Positions 37,237 to 52,120 of a stretch of DNA of 64,000 bases are shown here, piece by piece. Below the pieces are notes generated by a model, which worked only from the letters and a program-made list of their open reading frames with translations, ran no database searches and had not been told where the DNA came from. This stretch comes from Antedon mediterranea (taxonomy: Eukaryota > Animalia > Echinodermata). The DNA lies in assembly GCF_964355755.1 (NCBI RefSeq), contig NC_092674.1, positions 23,560,001 to 23,624,000 of the forward strand, written 5' to 3'. The number at the start of each line of letters is the position of its first letter. The first letter of the stretch is position 1. The translations under genes and the position numbers were made by a program.

Positions 37237-39529
37237 ATAATTGAAAATAGTGTTTTTAATATTACACTTGCCTTCTGTTGAAGCAATCGTCCTTCAATTT
37301 AAATGTAATAAATAATAGATAATCTATAATAACACTTTACAACCTACTCCAACATTATTTTAAAATCATACCACTCTTGTTAAATTGATATTCATTCTGT
37401 CTTTATAATTCGTTTATGTTGCTTAGAAGATGGTCTATAACTTACTACCACGTAGTAGTCTGATTGGCTGCTGCTAATGAGTGTTGCATATCTATCCGTT
37501 TCCATGAAATATTTTGTGTTTTAGCGGAGCTCGTTGTGAGCTTTAATTCTATCTTAAGAGTAGAAAACAAAATTAAAGAAAAAGTAATAATTTGAGGTTG
37601 GAATCTTTGAAATAAATCCAAAAATTTATTTTGATAACACAACCTTAGAAAATAGCTATCATAGGTATATGATTATTAAACAATACGGCATGCCTTCCAA
37701 TGGGACGACCAATATATGAAAATATATAGCATACATTGTATTGCCGACTGCCGTGGATCAACATCAAAGGACCTATTCACAATTTCTTCAGTTTCCAGTA
37801 AGCCTTGTGTATTCGTAAAATAATGACGTTTGGGGATGAACCGTTAAATAAACAAGGCCATATACATGGCTGCAGTCGCTGGCTCAAATTTGAGTTAGTG
37901 TTTACCAACCAACCAACCGACATAGTAATAATAATTTTTCATTTTGTTTTTGCATTGTCTAAATATTCATTGTTTTTAAACGTGTGAGGTTTTTTCTAGT
38001 TTTATTCAGTTTTTACCCATTTAGAAAAGGAGAAATTAATATTGATATATACATCACAAGTGCCTAAAGAAAAATATATACAGGCCTAATAAATCTGATT
38101 TCAAATAAAACAAATTGTTGATCCCCCGTAAATCAGTTATAACATTTACGCCATCGATATCATCGTCATAAACTCCTTTGTTTTACGTCAACTGGAAATG
38201 ATTTTCCAATACATTTACGTCGGAACATTAATATATTATTTATTGTAGGCCTATTTATTTTATCTTTGATCATCACCATCGATATTACGTCACTGTCATC
38301 GTCATTAAAATTGTGATTTAAAAAAAAATGTAATTGTTTTACTTACACGTCGTCATTAATATGTCATTGGTATCGTCATTTACGACAATTGCATTTTTCT
38401 TTTTTTTTCAAATGTTTTTTTTTTCTTTTAAACACACATCGTAAACAAGAGATCATTGATTCAACTCGGTAAGCCTACACTACTGTATAGTATATCAATC
38501 ATCACCTTTTTCTCTTTCTGCAGAGTAATTTTATAACGTCATCTCGCTTTTCATTCAAATTTTTCTTCTTTTTTTCAAACTCACTCCTTTCTTACTCACC
38601 CACTCATCGCAATAGTTGTATATACATGAAATAGGCGAATAACCGCATATTTTGAACTGATTTACACCCACACGTAGAAAACCACAAATGGATGGTTTAA
38701 CTCTGTAAACATTACCGTATACTTTAATAATCATGAAAATACACATGAGTAGATTCTTGTCATTTGTGGGTCACATGGTATTCAATAACTACTCCATTGA
38801 ACTCCTATGTCATCGAGAGTGCAATTTCGAACTTGTGGCCCACCATTCATTCATTTATTTATTTCTGCTATTTACTTTTCTATTTCTGAGTATTTTATAA
38901 TACACCTTATTGCCTTTAATTTTTCTTTCTTAAAGGCCAGGTGCAGGCGAAACATTTCTAGTGATCATACATTCCAATAATTATCGATCTATAGTTTCCC
39001 CTATGTTTCATAATTTTTGGGATTTTATTTGTGTTACACAAGCTTGTTGAAAATAAGCACTTTCTTATCAGTGGGGGGATAGTTCAAATTACACAGTAAA
39101 ATCTTTATTCTTTTGTACACAAATTTTGTAAATAGAGAGGCATTAATAAAGCTATGAAAAATAAACGGTGTGGTAAAAAATGTTATCAGATGACTAAATA
39201 TAGGTAATATAACTTGAATATTACATTTCTGATATTTTTATTCAACTTCAGCTTTTTATTTTCATGCTATAGCAAAAATTATCCACCGTATATCCATCAT
39301 CTTTTTTCACCGTCTGGGGAGTCAACAAACATGTTATTACATTAGGTTAACTACCTAACTACTGAAAAAAAGTCTTTCTGGTTTTTATGGAAGAATTTTG
39401 CCAAATTTTGTATTTGACCATATTAAGGGAAATTCATGTTTTTTCGTCTCGATTTCTGTTACAAATATTTGATTTATGTACAATTAACCAAATATTATAT
39501 TTAAAATTCATGCCTGTACCTTAGCTTTA

Positions 39530-39691
39530 AACTCTGTCTACACTATCAAACTTTATGTGACAAAAATGTGATGTGCCCATATATGGACATGATGATGTCA
39601 TACCACTACCATATTTGGGTATAGCACTACCATATTTGGGTACATCACAGGTTTTTTTTTTCAAACTAGTTTGATAGTGTATAGACAGAAC
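39530..39691. mobile_element. AGCTCTGTCTACAC MITE copy
   Basis: Both TIRs and the internal repeats are present. Confidence 0.75.
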
Positions 39692-42423
39692 TTTTTTTTC
39701 CGCGACGCAGTAAACGACAGCATCTATTGTCATCTTTGTCACACACACAGCTCGATGGGAACGTCCTTTTGAGGTGAGAAATATAACAAATGTCAAAATG
39801 TATTTCAAATGTATCTAGTCACTTAGTCTGGACCACTATAAAAACATGTTTAGACGAATCAATTTACATGTAATCCCAATAGTTTAAGTCACTTAAATTG
39901 TTGTTTATTTATTCGTGCGTTCCCGTGTTTTAAAATACCCATTTAAAATCGGGGTGTCAAAATGTAGTGGGACCATTCAATTCAAGTTAACGTTTATTTC
40001 TTTCAAAACAAAATTGCATTAAAAAGGAACATTTCTTTACAAATATTTTATGAGAATAAAACAGACTAGAAAAGAAAGAAGTGTTTTAAAAAATGGAATA
40101 CATTTCTTAAAATTGTGAAAGTGGCGAAGTCCCAACAAGTAAAATCAAAGTGAAAAAACAAGAGAAACTTGTGTTGGGCAGCCGTTGGATTATTCCACCC
40201 ACTTGGTATGTGATAATAAAAACACTTCATTTAAATATTTTTTTATTGTAGGCCTACCCTAAAAGTATTTTTTCAACAAATTTACAATGTATTAATGGGA
40301 TTCTATTTTTCTAAAAGAGGATGTGGAATTTGACAATAGAGAATATCGGATATCTGAATATTTTCCTCTTCCTCCCAGTGAGAGCTACACACTATGCATT
40401 TTTTATAGAGAAAATGAAATGATCGACAACGTTACCAACAAAAGATGTATTATGAATAATGATACATAAACTAATTAATTAAATAAAAATTGTGCGCAAA
40501 CAATTTATAATAGGATGATTTAACGGCATTTCGGTAACACAATGAGTGTATCAAAAAGTGGTAAGTGTTTAAATAAACACAAACATAAACCCTTTAGAAA
40601 GTACATTTGAAAATTGAAACTTAAAATATGTTAGGCCTTAATATTAAATAAACCGAGTTGGTCGATTGACTGATCGCATAGTAAACTCTCCATTTTTTTA
40701 AACTAATTTCGTATCATTCATTTAAATTACAGAGAACCCATATTGATGGGTTATCCGGTGTTCAACCATACGGTACCGTTCGTTCCATGGTAACAATATT
40801 TTCATAGTTTAAGCCTATACCTTAATTAATTAATTTACTAGAGTTTATGTTTATGTGGGTTCGTCCCACTTCTTCTTCTCTTAACATATACATTTTAATA
40901 ATCTATGCACTATACATAATATATTATTACTCAGATGCCTGCCTCAGATTGATTTTTACAGGCATATAATGGCATATCTGTATATCAGAATTCCAGGTTC
41001 AAATCTCAATCTTTACCGTTAATTAATTAATTAATTTCCCGTCAATTTTCTGGGACTTTATCCTGGCGACTTAACACACTTGTACAAATACATCAGTACA
41101 AATATAATTTACCGAGAGTGAATATTTAAAGCTTTTAATATTTTTATTAGTACGTTGCAATGTCAAGCGTATGCATATTTCGTCAGCGATGAGTTTTAAA
41201 ATGTGTGATGTAATTTTGAATTATTTGTATAAATGGAGTCAACGATAAGCACTTTTTAAAATTCATGGTCAATTATAAAACTGTCTATTTTATTACATAT
41301 ATGAATATCAAATCGTGAATAAAGTGTGTTTAGCAATATTCGCCTTTCAATCACATTGGTGGCATTTGTCTTGCTAATATTGTCACGGGGGGAAAGTTAT
41401 AGCTAATTATTCAAAATTAATACGTGTTTACCTAGGCCATGTCTCTAGTCTTAGCAAATTGACTTTCACTTTTACCGACGATTACCCGTGTGCTCGCTGC
41501 AGCTGCCTGTTTTATAGACCAGCCCGGTGTTGATATTGCTAGCCTAGGCTGGTATATTTCAAAATCGATTGCTAAATATGTTTTTATTGTACAGTTAAAG
41601 AAGCATCATATAATCGAACGGGCTTGCGTCTTAAATCGCGGTTCGTCGTATTTGCTTACGGATCGTATACTCGCAGCTGCGTGTTCTATGCTACATCCGG
41701 GATACTTTTCACGCGCACTCAAACGTAAAATACGATGAACAATGGCACGTACAATAATTCCACCGTTCCACAACGCGAGACAGATACGGCTAGTTTAGCT
41801 CGTGGATTAGAAAGATACCAAAACAGAACCCATATTCCTGCTCGATTTTCATTCTGCTTTACGGCTTTGTCTCAAATGAATATGTAGTTTATTTTGGCCA
41901 CGTGTGTTTAAGGTTTATGCACTTGACGTATAACGTTTGAGTTAATTTCTCTTTCAAGGCGCGTGCCGACCATCCTTCGTTGTATTGTTTTAAGGGTACT
42001 CAAGCGAAGTAGAAACAATATTGCTTTCTTTGGGTGAATTTTAGCAGAAAATTGAACATAATAGGAGTCGCGTGGTAGTTACTCTTTGCTTGTGGCTTAA
42101 AGAAAAGAAATACTTCTTAGCAAGTGTTAGATGTTGTGTCGCGTGCCGTAAATGAATTAACCATGTAGCACTTAAGCTTACGTTCACACTAAACCTGGAT
42201 TCGGTCCGGTTGTTCGAGCTCCATGAGCTAAAGACGTGTCCTTTTGGTTTTCCTTGATTATGGGTACACTGTAGTGACATGCATTGACCCCCGTTCATTT
42301 CATGGGAAGGTATCCCCTTAATAGGAGTATTTCCTGCAGGAAGTTCCTAAAGGAGGTTCTAATGTATTGGCCACGTCCTATTCCTAAAAACTACACCCAT
42401 TTTTATGTACACATTGAATTGGT

Positions 42424-42773
42424 TTAAAGATGTATTGTCCCCCTGAAAAAATAATTCTTAAAAAATGTTTTGTTGAATATGCCATGTTAATGTCACCTAA
42501 TAGTTACCGTACCCACTTTGACAAAAAAATTGGATCTAAAACAATATAATTATATATTTACCTACAAAAATGAAATTTAAAGCAAAAAATTGTCAAATTT
42601 GCTGCCAGTCAATGGATGATTTTGGTTGATATTAACTATTACTTTTGTCATTTTATAAGTGAAAACATTAATTTTGTTTTTCTACGAAAGTGATTAACTT
42701 GATTGAAACTACAAAATAATCTGATTTTACTAATCTATATTTTTTCATGTTTTTGGGGAACAATACATCTTTT
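42424..42773. mobile_element. Kolobok-like non-autonomous DNA transposon, representative copy
   Basis: TTAA-AGATGTATTGTCCCC ... GGGGAACAATACATCT termini; related copies at about 7900-8310, 10836-11051, 35976-36270, 36408-36720, 51716-51943 and 63241-63660. Confidence 0.7.
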
Positions 42774-45700
42774 ATAATAATATCTCTTTAGGCCTATATT
42801 ATTTGAATACAATCATCATTGTCATTCTCATTTCTTTTATTTCAGATAGCAAAACAAAGACAAATTTCAACTAATGATGTACAATGGTTTACATATTTTT
42901 AACAGAATTATTCAAATCTTTTAATCGTTACACCGTATGGTTGGAGCCTAAAAAAACCCGAAAATGTAAGAATTTGTTTTTGGTGTACAATTTCGCATTC
43001 GTTAAGTCTCACTATTTTGAACATTAATTTAAAGTAGGTTATTAACACCATGGATGAATTATGTAGAATAAATAAATCCATTTCTTATGTTTATTTATTT
43101 GGCAGCAATACACACCATACGCATGCGCTACGCGTATTATTGTGCGTTAGTAATGGTTAGTACTTGAGCATTTCAATTATCAATTAAATTTGTGTTGGAT
43201 GCGAATTTCTTCTTCTAAAATTGTTTTTATTTGAAACATATTTGACAACATAATTCAGATATTAGGTGGTACAACTGATTTGCAATATGGTCATGTTTGT
43301 AAAATTAAAAGGAGAGGTAAAGTACAGAAAAATGAAAAAAATGTCGAAATATAAAGAAATATTCTATTTTTTGAATAATATAACCATGGACCATCCATTA
43401 CCGGTATATAACTTGAAACTTTCAATGGAAGTACCTTATTGTGTTTCAACATGTAGGCCTGGTCCACCATAAACTCAGCTTGTGTGAATTATTTTAGGAT
43501 TAGAAACATAATTCCTCCGTTGTTTATGATTAGTTAAGAAGACATAATTGGTATCTAATGTTACTCCTTGCACGTGTCATGAAACATGCTAGGCCTATGT
43601 ATTAAGTTATCAAGTTGTACGTGAATGCGTATCGCATAACCCTTGAGAGGAAACAATACTAGCACCCTGCCCCGGGGCTAAATACAATAACCAGACACAC
43701 GACCATATTTACATTGTTTAAGTTTATGGTAAATTAAAATTGCACAATCAGTATTATGTCAGGTGCATGTATGTGCTCAGTGCGTAAGGTGTCTCACAAA
43801 AAAACTAACTTAACTAACTATAGTTAAAGGCTGCCTTCTGGTTTAAAGTTCTGGTTATAATATACTTTGGAACAACATTATATATTTCGACAGTGTTGGA
43901 ACAGATCGAGAGTCGTGAAAATATTCCCCCTTGGTGCTAAAAAAAAAAGTGCTAAGATCCGAAGATCAAAGAGTTTATCTGTGGCTGCGATACGATCAGT
44001 AATTGTACGCCGCGCGCCGCTGAGATTATGTACATTAGTACACAGTACTGTATAGTATTGGTCGCTTCAAGACATAAGATCAAATAACTGATACGAGTTC
44101 CTATCTTAGCAAGGCGAGCTCAGTGTCCTGTTGTTAGATTGTCTTGGTGCTACAGACAATATCACAGGCCTATGTCAATTGTAATTGAATGAACTTCTTA
44201 CATTATTTCACGTCAAGGATTTTTTTTTATTAAAAAGTTCGATTAGTATTATTTATAATAAAGTCTGCATGACTACGAAACATAGTTTTACTCTTCATTT
44301 TATTTTATAGGGCCAATTCTATAATAGAATTTGTATAGGATTTTGCTACGCTAAACTTTTCCCACACATGCTCAGTCACAGAAAATGTTTATCGTTGTAA
44401 CCTGCTTTCCAACAGGGTTATCCTTAAGCATAGTTGGACGCTTAATTAAGTCATTATTATACTCTAGACTATTGGGTCAAAGCACTAATTAAACACAAAC
44501 ACTACAGCGACTTTGTAGTAATATTCGATTTGAGTTAATGTAGCTAATTGATTAGTGTGGAGAAATAAAGTTGTTCACCATGATTAGTGTTACAGCAACC
44601 ACTTAAGGATGTAAGAGCAACTCAGGTAATTTAACCAATCACAAGCGATGGGTTATTTAAACTGTTGCTTGTCATTGGTTAATTCGCTTGCGTTGCGCTT
44701 ACGTCCTTTACTACCTTAGCTTGCCTTGTTCTAATCCTGACCCGTACCCCTGAGTGGGAAAAGACCGGTCACTTGATATAGTGATAGTAATATACTCCCG
44801 ATGCAGTCTGGCTATCGAGCAGTTTGAAGGCCTAATTCATGTTAACAATACAATAATATAATCAATTCATTAATAGTCGTTATTATAAACGTGTTATATT
44901 ATTGAATTAGTATTACCTTATAGTAATAATAAATGTATTATTCCTGCAACAAATATTACATACATCATATGAAATAGTATATATCAATAGAACAATTAAT
45001 AGTTGTATGGAAAGAGGCTATTGAAGTTAAGAATTAAGATAATGTTTAGTATATTACACTATTGTAATAGTTATAGTTAATTCAATTCAATTCAATTCAA
45101 CTTTTATTTCAGACAATTTTCCATATGGTATAATACATTACAGAGAAAACAAAAAAGATGAAGGAGAGAGGACCAAAACATTTGTCTATTGGTATATAAT
45201 GCCTCTCTCCATTGTAGTACATGTTTGAATCCATCAACAAATATTTATATATACAAATTAACATTCTGTTTTCGCTTTTTATTATTCTTGTAAGAAATTG
45301 GTAATTCGAAATCCTCAAATAATAATATCATTGACAAGTAACAGCAGTATTTATCTCATTTGAGGCTAGGGAGTGGAGTATAAGTCGTGAGTTTCAATCC
45401 TTGCACCAGGTCAGGATTGATCCCTGTGGGATTGGAAAGCAAGCACGTTAGCCACCAAACTACAGCTCCACTACAAATTTATCATACAAATTGAAACAAC
45501 AAATATTTCTTACACAAACGTCGCTCATTTCACGATAACTACCGTGTACATGCATCGTAATATTTATCAGCAAATGTTTTCATAGACTCTCTTTTCCCAG
45601 ATGTGATTTGGGGTGTGCGCAGCCGCAGTAAACTATAACCTACCGCATGGTAACTGTTTCTTAGTGCTTCCGTTCTCTTGAATATAACTGCCTAAAGGAT

Positions 45701-46898
45701 CGGTGCGAAAATGATTATTATCAACACTCTAATGTTTACGATTAATAGGCCTATTACATTCGGTTAATTTAGTATTCTTTAATACTATCAGTACTAATTA
45801 ATTATTTTTACCTTATCACGAATAAGTACATTTCTTTTGTCAACTCTACTAATTTGAAATAGTATTTAATTATTTGTAATAATATTAAATAACATCAATA
45901 ATAGAAAACATAAATTGTTTTATGAACAATAATATTTCGAAATATTATCAACACTCATTAATTATCTTACAAGTATTACATTAAATTAATAATTTATATA
46001 ATATAAAAGACAATAAATTAAATGTATTAACAATAATATTTTAAAATGCTATAATCAGCAGCCTAATAATATTAATACGTATACGATGTGATCCATTTCA
46101 ACGCGAACTGCGTGTGGCGTGTAGTGTAAACATGATCTCCTTTGGGGAGATATCCTTAATTAAGTTTTGCAGAAGATACAAAATCCTTCGTGTTTATTCT
46201 GTTGTTTTCTTAAAACATATATAATACGATGTGTACTGTACTGTATATCCATAGTACAAATAAAACACAACTAGTTTAGTCACACAGCAAGGTTGATAAA
46301 TTGTTATATTCGTTTTTCTTTTATTTTGTTCTTGTCTTTTATTGGTTTGTTTCCACATCAACTGTTGATGACATCACATGACGACTATCTCTATCACTAT
46401 TCTCTTCGTTCCATGATGCCATTATATTCTCTCCATGTCTTTGTTCCTTTCCATTGCTTCAGCCTATATCTAAATTCCTATCCGGGTTCTCTTCTCTTCT
46501 GGTCATCGGGTCAACCCTACTACTGTTGTCTGATACGTTAGGCCTACTCAGCACATGTCCAAAGCTATTTCGTTTTACTAGTACATTTTAAAATGTTTAA
46601 AAACTTTTAACCTGGAATGTTTCCTTGTAGGCCTAATTGCATTTATCTGTATTTTATTTTAACTTAAACAAACGTCTACAATTTTAAAAATGTAATGTGT
46701 TGGATATTCCTTCTGAAACAGTTGTTTTTTGGAATGAGATGATAGTACTATTAAAGATAAATTGAATTGAATGAATAATATTATATATAATCATTTATGG
46801 TTAAGATTAAAGTAAAATATGTTCACACTAAAACCATTTATGGTATAAGTTTTTAAAATTTTGATTGAGATTGTTTTTTCTTTCAGTTTTGTTTATAG

Positions 46899-47080
46899 AA
46901 TATGATCGAAACATCGAAAAAGGGCAATTAAAAGTGAAGAAGGAGGCTACCAATGATTATAACACAATTGAATTAACGTCTGGCCTAAAGAAAAACGGAA
47001 ATGGTATAATCCGATGAGCGTCGTTTAGCAACGTACCTGTTCAATTCAATTTGTAGGGGTACTTAGAGACGATCAATAAG
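46899..47080 (+). other. Candidate non-coding exon (lncRNA or distal POU4 5' UTR)
   Basis: Polypyrimidine tract with AG at 46886 or 46898, AAG|gtaagc donor; stops in all frames; similar to 48484-48577. Confidence 0.45.
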
Positions 47081-48483
47081 GTAAGCCTAAAGTTATTTTA
47101 CCAAATAGTGTACGTTCTATTGATTATTTAGTTTCTAGAAAGATGTATTCGTATTTGCATCCCCGTCTATTACGTAATTCGACCGTTGTTAGTTTTAAAA
47201 TGTCAGCCCGTCTTTCCGCAATCTTACCTAAGTAAAGTGTCCCAGACTTAAACGCGTTAAGCGGGCGATGATAAGAACCGAACCCTAACAGGTGGCACCT
47301 ATATAAACAATAATAATGCGTTACTACTAGGACATAATTACACTATAAACCCAACCAAGAAAATTATGAACACAGCTCATCATGTAATTGTAGTCGTTTT
47401 ATTTGCGACCAATGTGACGTAGGCCTATTTGTCAACAATCGTCTTGTCGTTATTGAGATAGGCAATTATCCATGCGTTGAGTGATCCCTCATTTTGTTGA
47501 CATTACGACGGGCGATTCTTCAAATTTTCAATTATTATATTAACTCCTATAAGATATTGTATTGTATGGCACGCTTCATTGACTCTGTCTAATTTGACAT
47601 TGCGTATGATAAAGCATCATTACCACAAGCACTACCGTATATACACTGTTGTTTTTCTAATTTGAAATTGTAGCCTATTGAGCTAATGGGCGTTTCATGG
47701 ATTATGTTTCATTGATACTGTATATTTGCCGGTAATGGAAACATATGAAATTATATTTCATAATTAGTATGGTATTAATAATGCGGAAGTATGTAGTCGT
47801 TAATGAGGAGTGTTACAACATAATTTCAATAAAACAAATTTCAACCAGAGATCTAGGAAGGGGAGGTGGGGATGGGGAGCCTGAGAATAAACATTCATTT
47901 TGTTCAGTGACTACGGTATTAGTATTATTCAATGATTTGTTGTGTTCAATCAATCGCAGCTTCCGTACCTTCCCAAAAAAAACTTAAGCGCTGTCTACAC
48001 TATCAAACTAGTTTTACAAAAACTGTGCCCAAATATGGTAGTGATATGACATCATAATGTCCATATGAGCACGTCATATTTTGTTGTCACATAAAGTATA
48101 GTAGTGTAGAGAGACACGAAAATATCTTTCAACTAAGATCCATAAATCAGGGCATACGGCGAACTAGTTATGTGCGTTTCGGCAGATGAAAAATACATAA
48201 ACGATAGAAATTATATGGACATTTCTTTTGCTTAGCCTTTCTATTAAATTAATATAATAGCTGCATATAACAATTTAGACACGGTAATCAATAGTATAGT
48301 ACCGTAGTACAGTAATAAGTACAATCAACAGTATATTAGTAGGCCTACAGTAACAATCAATGAATGTTAACATAGTTTATTTCTACTTCTTAAATTATTC
48401 AATGAATTAGTACGAATGTGCAGGTGAATTCATGTTTACTATTAAATCATAACTAGTGTGTTTATCTCTGAATTATATTTCAG

Positions 48484-48577
48484 GAAATGAATATCAACAA
48501 TGTAGCTGGCCTAAGGAAATACCGTGGAGGATAGAATCCCTGGTACTCGAATCATTACTCTTGATGCGTCATTAAGG
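48484..48577 (+). other. Candidate non-coding exon paralogous to 46899-47080
   Basis: tttcag acceptor and AGG|gtaagt donor. Confidence 0.45.
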
Positions 48578-49066
48578 GTAAGTTTAAGTTTAAGTTGCAG
48601 TCCTTTTCACTCAGCTTTGATATGCCTTGCACATCTAGGATCAATCGTACCCATCTAAAATTATATAAAATATTGTATACATTATGGAAAAGCTCATTGA
48701 TTTATAGAAATCAAAACCCGGAAAAGTAAGAGGTTCCAAGTAACCATACATGCTTAAATTATCAACCTACGATTTATAATGTAATGCATAGTTTAATTCG
48801 TAACGATTGATATTGACTTGAGTCTGCGAAGCTAATTTAGATTGTTTATTTTTATTTTGAATTTATATTTTAAAAGACAAATTGTCCTTGAAAAATTATT
48901 CAAACCTTCGTGTATAACAAAATAATTTACATTAAAACCAACGATATATTAATTGAAAATATTTGTTGCTAAAATATAAGTTGATTTTATACGATTTCTA
49001 AATGTAGTTTTACTTACTACTTGCTTTTTTTAATACACGATAGCGCCTACAATTTTCAAGTTATCA

Positions 49067-49546
49067 TTACCTCCGCCAAATTTGGCCACAATGACCAAAA
49101 GCTTGGATGAGTTTGATTGGGAGGGGAAAAGATCATAGGTCAAGGTCACAACTAACAAAAAACTATTTTACTGCCTGGAGACCACCGTTTTTATCCGATT
49201 CTCACCAAACTTAGCCACAATGATCAATGACTCATCAAATAATTGTGTTAATTAAAAATTTAAAAATAATTTTGAAGGGTCAGGGTTAAAGATCAAGGTC
49301 CACAAAAAAAAAGAAACAAAAAAAACTCAATGGTACTTGAACCAGCGACCTCAACTGTGAGAGGCTGGATACATAACCATTACACCAAAATCTCATTCAC
49401 AACTTTGTAGTGTGCAGTTAGCCTATTTACACTTAGAACTAATGAGAAAAAAAATTTAAAAAATAGATATATTTTCCGGGGACATTTTATGTAGGGAAAT
49501 TTTACAGTAGGCGGAGGTTTGCACTCTCGGAGTATACCCTCTTGTT
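49067..49546 (-). mobile_element. Degenerate HINE-like element of the 21951-22630 family
   Basis: Minus strand starts aacaagagggtatactccgagagtgcaaacctccgcctactgtaaaatt; ttacctccgccaa marks the other end. Confidence 0.55.
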
Positions 49547-52049
49547 CTAAATGTTTTGGTGTCAAGTGGTATATAATAATAATAGTAATAATAATAATAA
49601 ATAATATATTTATACAGGATAAAGCAATCAGATAACAGTGTATCTGTTTTACATTGTGGTCCTATTGAAATTTAAGAAAATTACTTCATTTATAATTTCA
49701 CAAAAAATAAAAAAAACTTTTAACATAATTAGAAATTTTCTGAGTACTTTCCTTATTATATTGCCGTAAATTATGGAAACAGCAAGAGTTATTAATATAC
49801 ATGGTTTGAGACAGTAAAATATATACATATAAATACATTTGAGTGATGAAATGAAGATGAGAGACTCTTCGTATACAGACGCCGCGCGGAGTAGAGTCGC
49901 GTTCAATTTTATGGTAATCAAAGTTTGATTTCCAGCAGGCGACTGTTTTTTTTAATGTAAACATACTAACGCACATAACTGATACAAAAATAATTAGGCC
50001 TATGATAGATAACTAGCATGATGCTGGAAATGAAGAATTTCCCCCCAAAAAATAGAGAGGCATTTTGTGAGTTTTCAAAAAGTTATTCACTTCCGTAGAA
50101 AAAAATAATGATTTCACTTAAAAAAAGACAAAATAGACCTAAACGGTACAATTTAACTAATCCATTGTCTTACAGATAATTGGACTATTTTGTAGCATTA
50201 GATTTGTCGGGAAAATAATTATTGTTTTCGATTCAATTTTTGGTCAAAGTGAATAACGATTTGCTCCATTGAAATTGCATATTATTCAACAAAATCATGT
50301 TTTAAATTATTTATAGCCTACCAAGGAAAGAGTAAATTTGTAATTTTACTCTTCCCTGTTTATACTTTAAGTAGTAAGTAAGTAGTAGTAAGACTTTTAT
50401 GTTACTGTATATGATACAGCGGTACATGTTTGTCACAAATGACGCCACAGAAAGTAATTTTAATGTTAGGGCCTAATATCCACATCCGAGACTGTATCGG
50501 GGAAGTGTATTATGATTCAAGAAGCATTTATAGATGGAATACCGAGAATCGGTCGATATTGTGGTCACAACTTGAAAGAAAATGGCGACCCAAGAGAGTT
50601 CCGAATTCATTACAATTTCATAATTATTTTATATCGAAACCACAAACATAAAAATAATACAAAAGCGATACAATATAATGTTACAGTAATGTTATTTTCC
50701 GGTCACAGGGACCATCCATCCTGTTGTTAAAATTTAAAACAAGAGCGACATAAGCTGAGGAAGAGGAATTAACCCTTGGAATCTTAATCTTAACCCGTAA
50801 ATTTATGGTATTAGGTTAGCAAATAAGGTTCCGAATTTATTGTAATTCGATAAATTCTCAAACTTATTTTTGAACCTCTGCCATAAAATGTTATATCATA
50901 TTAGATCTATTCCCTTTTGTTTGAGAAAAAAACCATTGAAACTGTGTTTACCCAGCAACGTATCATTGTCCAGAGTTATTATTGTGCTTTTTTTTCAAGA
51001 TGTCAATGGTTAATTGAATTAAACTCACTTGGAAAAACAAAACCCTAAAAAAGTACGTTAAGTTAAAAATAACCAGAGTAGGCTACCATTAATGCTATTG
51101 TCATACAAATATGAATTAATACGATATGCAATTCACCAAAAATGTAATTCTCATTGATGTAGGCCTATAAATGCCATTTACATACTGACGAACGTTAACG
51201 GTAAGCGGTAAAGCGGTAAACAAATAAAATATAGAATCTATGTTATCTCTGTTATTATATGGAGGTATACTTGCCTCCATGGTTATCTCTAAATCTCTGA
51301 CTACACTGTCAAACTAATTTGACAACAAAAGTGCGATTTTTCCAAATATGGTAGTGATATGGCCAAATATGGTAGTGATATGACAGCATCAAATCCATAT
51401 ATGGGCACAACACTTTTTTTTTGTCACATAAACAACATAGCGTAGACAGAGCTTATACAGCATGTATACACAAAACGCGGAGCGGGCGGGTGGTTGAACG
51501 AAAAGCCGCTCAGGATAGATTTTCAGATTTCTTTCTTTATTTATCCAAAAATTAAAAACAAATACATAAATATTTACTTGTTCATGGTGTTCGTTCTGCT
51601 TCATTGCTGTCGACAAATAAGAGTGGTTATTATTATTATAATAAATTATGTTGTTTTGAATGATGTTCATATTTTATAATACAACAGGAGAAGTAAAGTG
51701 TTGGAGCTATACCCTTTAAAGATGTATTGTCCCCAAAAACATGAACAATAAAGATTAATAAAAAAAATACGTTGAATAGGCCATTTCACATTGGTAAAAT
51801 TCAACCAAAACCCCGTTGTCTTCCAGTACTTAAAGCAGAGAGGTTAAAGTTCATTTTTTCAGGTAAATGAATTTTTTTTCGATCCTAGCACAACAAAAAA
51901 AACATTTTTTTTTTTCAGGAGAATAGGCCTAATATATCTTTAACCGAAAGTCAAGCAAGATAACGATTCAATGTATACTACACATAGGCGAATATTGTAA
52001 ATGCGGCACTAAAATTACATGGTCCCCTCTCGACTCCCTCCTCACCTCC

Positions 52050-52120
52050 ACACTTGGCCGCCCGAACCAGGAATCTTCTATTTGAAATGCAGACATCTTG
52101 CCATTAGACCACATGGCCTG
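52050..52120 (-). mobile_element. tRNA-derived SINE head remnant (related copy near 830-895)
   Basis: Minus strand ggccatgtggtctaatggcaagatgtctg...ggttcgggcggc; no intact cloverleaf. Confidence 0.45.

Noticed and set aside
45400-45470. tRNA gene on the minus strand
   Set aside because: Degenerate tRNA-like head without intact stems; likely a SINE remnant.
47560-47590. miR-183-family microRNA (tatggcac seed match)
   Set aside because: Only the seed matches; the rest of the mature sequence and a precursor hairpin are absent.
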